A stretch of 64,000 bases of DNA from Ascidiella aspersa (lineage: Eukaryota). The DNA lies in assembly GCA_963924565.1 (NCBI GenBank), contig OZ004607.1, positions 28,334,001-28,398,000 on the forward strand, written 5' to 3'. The position numbers and the translations under genes were made by a program. Shown one piece after another: positions 58,367-64,000 of the stretch; position 1 is the first letter of the stretch, and the number at the start of each line of letters is the position of its first letter. The notes beneath the pieces are model-generated. The model was given only the letters and a program-made list of their open reading frames with translations, was not told where the DNA came from and did no database searches.

Positions 58367-60277
58367 CTATAGTTGTAGTTTTAAGGGGACCACCTGGCGA
58401 TGGCTAGTTCTTTAATAGTATTACCAATACACGCACAAAAATGTTTGTTCGTATACTATTATCAAAAGTGGATGAAGAAAATGTAAAGATTCCATCTTTT
58501 GAGCAAGGCCTTTTTTATTTGAAACCATTAATCCTTAGACGCGACGAACACTGCTTTGCAGAAAAAGAGTTTTTTTTTAAAACGTTACTTTTATTTTTGT
58601 TAATCTTTTTTCCTTGACTCATACTAAAGTAGCTTGCGTCTTTTTGCGATTAATGCTACCACAATATAACACATGTAGTTGCAACAACAGATTCTTGTTA
58701 AAAGAAAACTTTGTAAAAAATATTTGTTGTCAAACAAGTCCTCTTTTTCAGGCTAGTTTTTTCTTGTTTAACGTTGGTTCAGTACATAATAATGTTTAAT
58801 GTTAAACTTCTGCAACTCTGAAACTGCTTGATTGCACATAAACCTAAAAATAATTTGACTTTTTATTGACTCTTACTCGGCATACTCTTACTTTTTTCTG
58901 TTTTATTCAGTGAACCATTTGGTAGAAAAAACGTACGCCTTGCAGCACAACAAGTTAAAAGATGTGCATTTTTAATACCAGCCAATGTCTTAAACAGTTG
59001 AGTCGTATAAGTCAAAGGAAACAGGCGCCACATTCTTTTAGATGAGAATGCAAATGTGCGACAATCATGCAAAACAATGCATGCGCGCCAAAAATAATAA
59101 AAACAGTTCAAAGCAAGGACGTCGTGACCCACAAATAGTTCTTAAAGTTGCTGACTAGGAATATACGATGCTTAACGTTTTATTCCGATGTATCCGGCGC
59201 ACAAAAGAGATTCGCATATTGCTCGATATAAGGATTTTTAACTTTAAAATTAATTTCCACTATAGACTGTTGTTTTTCACGCGGTACAACAACATGTCGT
59301 ACTGTCGAAGTGTGCACGGCGCCTTTAGGCTGAAACGATTTCCTTAAGCGGGCTCAAAAACGTACTAAAATTTTGACAAAATTTTACATGGCCTGGTGCC
59401 ACTGTGCCCCCACCAAATACCGCCCCTGAATATAGACCCATCTGATAACACTAAATGAAATGGAGTCTTAGTATATTCAGCGCATAACGTTTTATTGTAT
59501 AGCCTACTATTTTCGTCAAAAAGTAGATTGTTTAAATATTCACTAATAGTTCAATTGGGCCTTTATGGACCCTCTAAGACTAGTTTACGTACCCCCAAGG
59601 GATTCATGGACCCCAGTTTAAGAACCCCTGATTTACAGTGTAGGCTATAGTTAACATCCTGCCACATCCAGTTACTGTAACTAAATGTAAGCACCAGGAT
59701 AAAAAAATCATATCACCAACAAAGTTATTTGGCATTAACTAATGTGTGTTAGTCAGGACAAAAAGTAGTTCTGAAAAGATATTTGTGTTGGAAAACGTGT
59801 TATTTAAAAATGTGTTATTTAAAAACATAAAGATCCCAGTATTGATCATACTTACATGTGTGCGCCACGTATTCCGGGCACGGCTCATGGCGTAACGCTG
59901 TACACCACATCGTTTTGTCTTCGTGCTTCGCAAACTCAAAAAACGCTTATGGTTTTAACCTCTCCCCTTCCCCTCAAACCAAATGAAAAAACAATTTATT
60001 TTCACCCTATTAATAAAAAAAAACTACCCAAACCACAAAATCTCCAAACATTTTGATCATTGTTTTTATCTAAATTCGAAGTACAACCAACAGTTTTCTT
60101 TTTAAATTGTGCCCGCATTACCTATCTCAAAATGTGCGCACATTTTGACATTTTTATTTCAAAAAATTTTAATTAAAAAATGTGCACACATTATAAAAAA
60201 AGTGCGCATTGTTTTGCAGATTTTCGCGTGCACTTTTTTGCGCACATTGTACAAAAAAACTTTTGTATCCCCGTCTC

Positions 60278-61650
60278 CTACATTCGGTATATTTAAATCG
60301 AGTTAACAGCAAATCGTAAATGCATTCCTGTCTGAGCTGAAATTACGGAACTAAATTTAACTTTCACAGAACATTTCCTCCTTTCATTCTCTGCCGTAGC
60401 GAAACAAAATATCACGAGGGTCGAGCGAGAGGAAAATATATCCCTCGACAAGCCCATAAAAAATAGCTTATTCTTCTTTGTTACGGTAAAGTTCACGTTT
60501 GGCTGTGCTCGGCTGCTGCACAACAACCTGATTTACACGTTACATGATGTTATAATAACGTCTGGCTGATTTAAGGTCACACATAAACCGCGCCCATTTA
60601 ATTATTGAGAAAACTGAACTGGTCGGATTATGGTTGACTGCCGGACTATAACCCATGGCAGAGGCGTAGCTACGGAGTCGGTTAGGTACATATATCCCCA
60701 AGCGCCACGGTATAGGGGCGCCAAAATAAGTCTTACCAATGCCAAAATAAGACTGCTCCTTCTTTAAAAACAATTGTTCGATTAAAATTTGATTTTTCCC
60801 CTATGAAGTAAGGTATATTATGTTAATGTAATAAAAAATGTGGTTAAACATGGAGGAGGGGCGAAAATTTAATAGTTTGCCCCCAAATACCTGGCTACGC
60901 CTCTGACCCAGGGTTAATATTACCTACTTATTTGCGTTCTCCAATCAGCACTAACCCAAACAAAATAACATTTGCCAAAGACATTGCACACCGTCTGCGA
61001 ATTTTCGTTCTATCATTTGTTTTTCGCCAAAGACTATAAACCTGCCTTTTTATGTCTAGCGTAGCGTTTACATAGTTATTGTATGAAACTCACAACGTTC
61101 TGACTTAACGTTTGCAAATAAAGTGTTTGCTGTTTAATTGTAACTAGAAAACATTTCGTACTAATTAAATTTAAGAACAGAAATTATTTCTGTTTAGTTT
61201 AGACAAACTTCGAATATAAATAATAAGAAGAAACAAAACGTATTCTACAGCAAACTACATTCGGTATATTTAAACTGAGTTGTTCATAAATCATAAATAT
61301 TTATTCTGCATAAGCTGCAAGTACGAAACACAATTAACCTAAATTGAGTCAGCACACAGGCGAGTTAGGGTTGACAAATATGAAGTTTGTCTTCCGCAGA
61401 ATAGCGTCTCATTTCATTCTCTGCCGAAGGGAACAAAATATCCCCCAAAAATATATCCCTTGACAAGCCCATACAAAATATATTATCCCTCTTTGTTATA
61501 GTAAGGTGCGGCTGCGCTTGCGGCTGCGCTTGGCTGCTACACAAGGCTCAGCAACTTAAATTGTAGCGTCGACTGAACAGGTCGGGTTGCGCTTGACTGT
61601 CGCACAATAACTCATGGATAAGATTAACTATTAACTTGCGCTCTCCTTTT
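60278..61650 (+). repeat. Diverged ~400-bp direct repeat (60278-60945 including MITE, and 61255-61650)
   Basis: Shared CTACATTCGGTATATTTAAA, TTTCATTCTCTGCCG, AAAATATATCCCT-GACAAGCCCATA-AAAATA, CTTTGTTA, GGCTGCT-CACAA. Confidence 0.8.
60659..60905. mobile_element. hAT MITE inserted in copy 1 of the 60278 repeat
   Basis: TIR CAGAGGCGTAGC / GCTACGCCTCTG; TSD ACCCATGG/ACCCAGGG; copy 2 shows the empty site (ATAACTCATGG, ~61607-61617). Confidence 0.8.
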
Positions 61651-61699
61651 CACATGAGCAAAAAACACTAAAAACCGGGAATGGAAGTTCTTCAGAATT

Positions 61700-64000
61700 T
61701 TGCCATACCCTGGTCCGTGTAATCACTGTTAAAGCACAATTTAAATCTGTAGTTTCGAGCAGCATGCAAAACACTTTCATGTGCCTTATGCGCAACCTAC
61801 TTAATTGAAAGTTTTGCTAGTTGTTTAGGCCTGGTGTTGATATGTTGGTTAAGGCAACATGCACGACAGGTGTTAACAAGAGGTCTACGTTACCACCATA
61901 TTTCGCATTTAAATTTACAGCGGTAAAATATGTCGTTTTGTAGCAGCAATAATTTATTTTCCAAATGTAGCCTCTTTATGAAAGCCAAGTCGCACGCGCG
62001 AGTTATTTCACCAGTGACAATAAGAGGTGCAGCATGGTGTCTGTCTTCGTGCTTCGCAAACTCAACAAAGCAAGCAAATATGAACGTATCCTGTCCTGAC
62101 GTTTTTCAACCGCAAGATGGGAGTCGATAACTACAGAGAGCTAAAACGATGACGTCACAATATTTTAGGTTTTTTGTCAATTTTACTCGATAATGTTTTA
62201 CCCTGGCTTGGTCCGCACAATTCTGTTGTTCGAGCAATATGCAAAACTCTTTTATGAGCCTAATACTCCACCTTTTAAATCGAAAATTTTGTCAATTTAA
62301 ATCAAATAAACGCAGTGTTCTTAAGATTTATTTTTGTAGGACGCATTGTTATAACGTAGCTTTGTAACGTCTTCCCTAATAATGTATTCAACTTTGTGGT
62401 TTGCTTGCTGCGGCCCTTATATAATTTTAATTTGTTTAGGCCTGGTGTTGATATGTTTGATTACAGTAACATGCGCAACAGGTGCAAATGGAGAGGTGTA
62501 CACTGCCACCAGATTTCGCATTTATATTTGCGGCAGTAAAATATGTTGTTTTGTAAGAGTAGCAAGTTATTTTACTAAGGAAAGCCTCTTTCTTAAATGT
62601 AAGTCGCACGCGCCCAGTTTTACTAACGCAGCCAGTTCGAACAATGAACGTTGGCATCCCTGCTGTACCTCATTGTCCTGCGCGTGCAACGTTTTTGTTC
62701 GAAGTGGCTTGCCTAGTAAAACTAGGCGCACGCGACTTGCCTTTCATAAAGAGGCCTATCTAAGTAAAAAAACCTATTGCTCTTACAACACAAAATATTT
62801 TACCACCGCAAATTTAAATGCGAATCCTGGAGGCAGTGGACACATTTCTGTTAGCACCTGTTGTAATTGTTGCACCATTTAAACATTTCAACACCAGGCC
62901 TAAACAAATATAATTATACAAGGGCCGCAACAACAAAAGCTTAAGTTTAACGCATTCTTAACGACGACGTTACAAAGCTACGTCATAACATGGCATCATA
63001 AATATATAAATATTGCGTTTATTGGATTTAAATTGGCAAAACTTTCAGTATAAAAGGTGGCTTTTTAGGCACATAAACGTGTTTGCATATTGCTCATAAT
63101 TACAGATTTAAACTCTGTTTCAACAGTGATTGCTCAGACCAAGGCATGGTAAAAATTTACCCAGTAAAAGTTGGAAAAAGTATAGCAAACCATAGACGTT
63201 AAATCATTTAGAGAGAATGAACAGATTTGCTTTTTAAACATGCTAGCTGACCAAAATGTAATAACATGTCCGTAAGCATTATCTACGTAAATTTTTATTT
63301 ATCAAATATATGTTTCGATCATTTCCCAAAATCTACGCCATATTCCCAAAATCTACGCCATATTTTTTCCCTTTCGCTTCAAAGCCGTAAGTTATATATT
63401 ATTATACACAACTTATAATTGTGTGTTGATATGTTGGATTGGAGTAACATACCAGAACAGGTGTAAATAGCAAATATTCTCCAAATACGATTTTTTCAAA
63501 TATTCTCCAAATTGCACTTCATCGTATTGTCGCGGTAATACACAAAGAGGTAAGGCTGTGAATAAAGTTTCACCCACCGTACAATTAACGGAGGGAAGCA
63601 TTGCGAGTAGAAATGTTCAAAGCAGAATATCGGCGACTCATTTATAATGCTTGCTTTCAATGCGGCGTCAGCTTTTTTTCGGGGGACCAATTACATCGCG
63701 ATAAGCTTCGCCTAATTATCAAGTGTCAATAGGGTGTATTTACTGCCTCAAATTTAAATGCGAAATTTTAAGGCAGTCTACGCCTCTCTGTTAGCACCTG
63801 TTGTAAAAGTTGCTCCAACCAACATACCAATATCAGGCCTAAACAACTAGCAGAACTTTCGATTTAATAGTTTGCGTATTAGGCACATAATAGTGTTTTT
63901 CATATTGTTTGAAACTACAGATTTAAAGCCTGTTTTAACAGTGATTGCTACAAAGCCATGGTAAAAATTTACCGAGTAAAAGTTTACAAAAGTATAGCAA
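61700..64000. repeat. Nested imperfect inverted repeat A-B-loop-B'-A'
   Basis: A ~61700-62005, B ~62175-62656, loop 62657-62684, B' 62685-63190, A' ~63735-64000 (runs off the window); core TTGTTTAGGCCTGGTGTTGATATGTT in A and B, with its reverse complement (minor variants) in B' and A'. Confidence 0.9.

Noticed and set aside
62382-62882. 166-aa Cys-rich ORF and its antisense 73-aa look-alike
   Set aside because: It spans the palindrome centre; the similarity between the two translations simply reflects the inverted repeat.
63322-63364. 21-bp tandem duplication (similar ones at ~12010, ~12540 and ~42525)
   Set aside because: Simple two-copy slippage or repair duplications with no further structure.

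Overview
AT-rich, intron-containing animal genomic DNA, most likely a tunicate/ascidian (inferred from compact genes, GT-AG introns, chordate-like orthologues and mosaic CpG depletion). Six protein-coding genes were assembled by hand with phase-consistent exons: intronless TUBGCP5 (-), a CaRF-like transcription factor with an internally duplicated DNA-binding module (+), RABGEF1/Rabex-5 (-), a nearly intronless KIAA0825/DUF4495 homologue (-), a CREB3-family membrane-tethered bZIP (+) and a GT31 beta-1,3-glycosyltransferase (-). Non-coding DNA is packed with MITEs, many with 8-bp target-site duplications (TSDs). The most unusual signals are: (1) a nested A-B-loop-B'-A' imperfect inverted repeat over at least 2.3 kb at the right end (candidate long-hairpin RNA locus); (2) a 416-bp intronic insertion with 76-bp inverted repeats around a Pol III tRNA-like gene with an aberrant anticodon arm; (3) CpG depletion limited to the first ~3-5 kb of gene bodies; (4) a possible operon/trans-splice junction right at the TUBGCP5 stop codon. 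All coordinates and counts were made by eye; no database searches were run.
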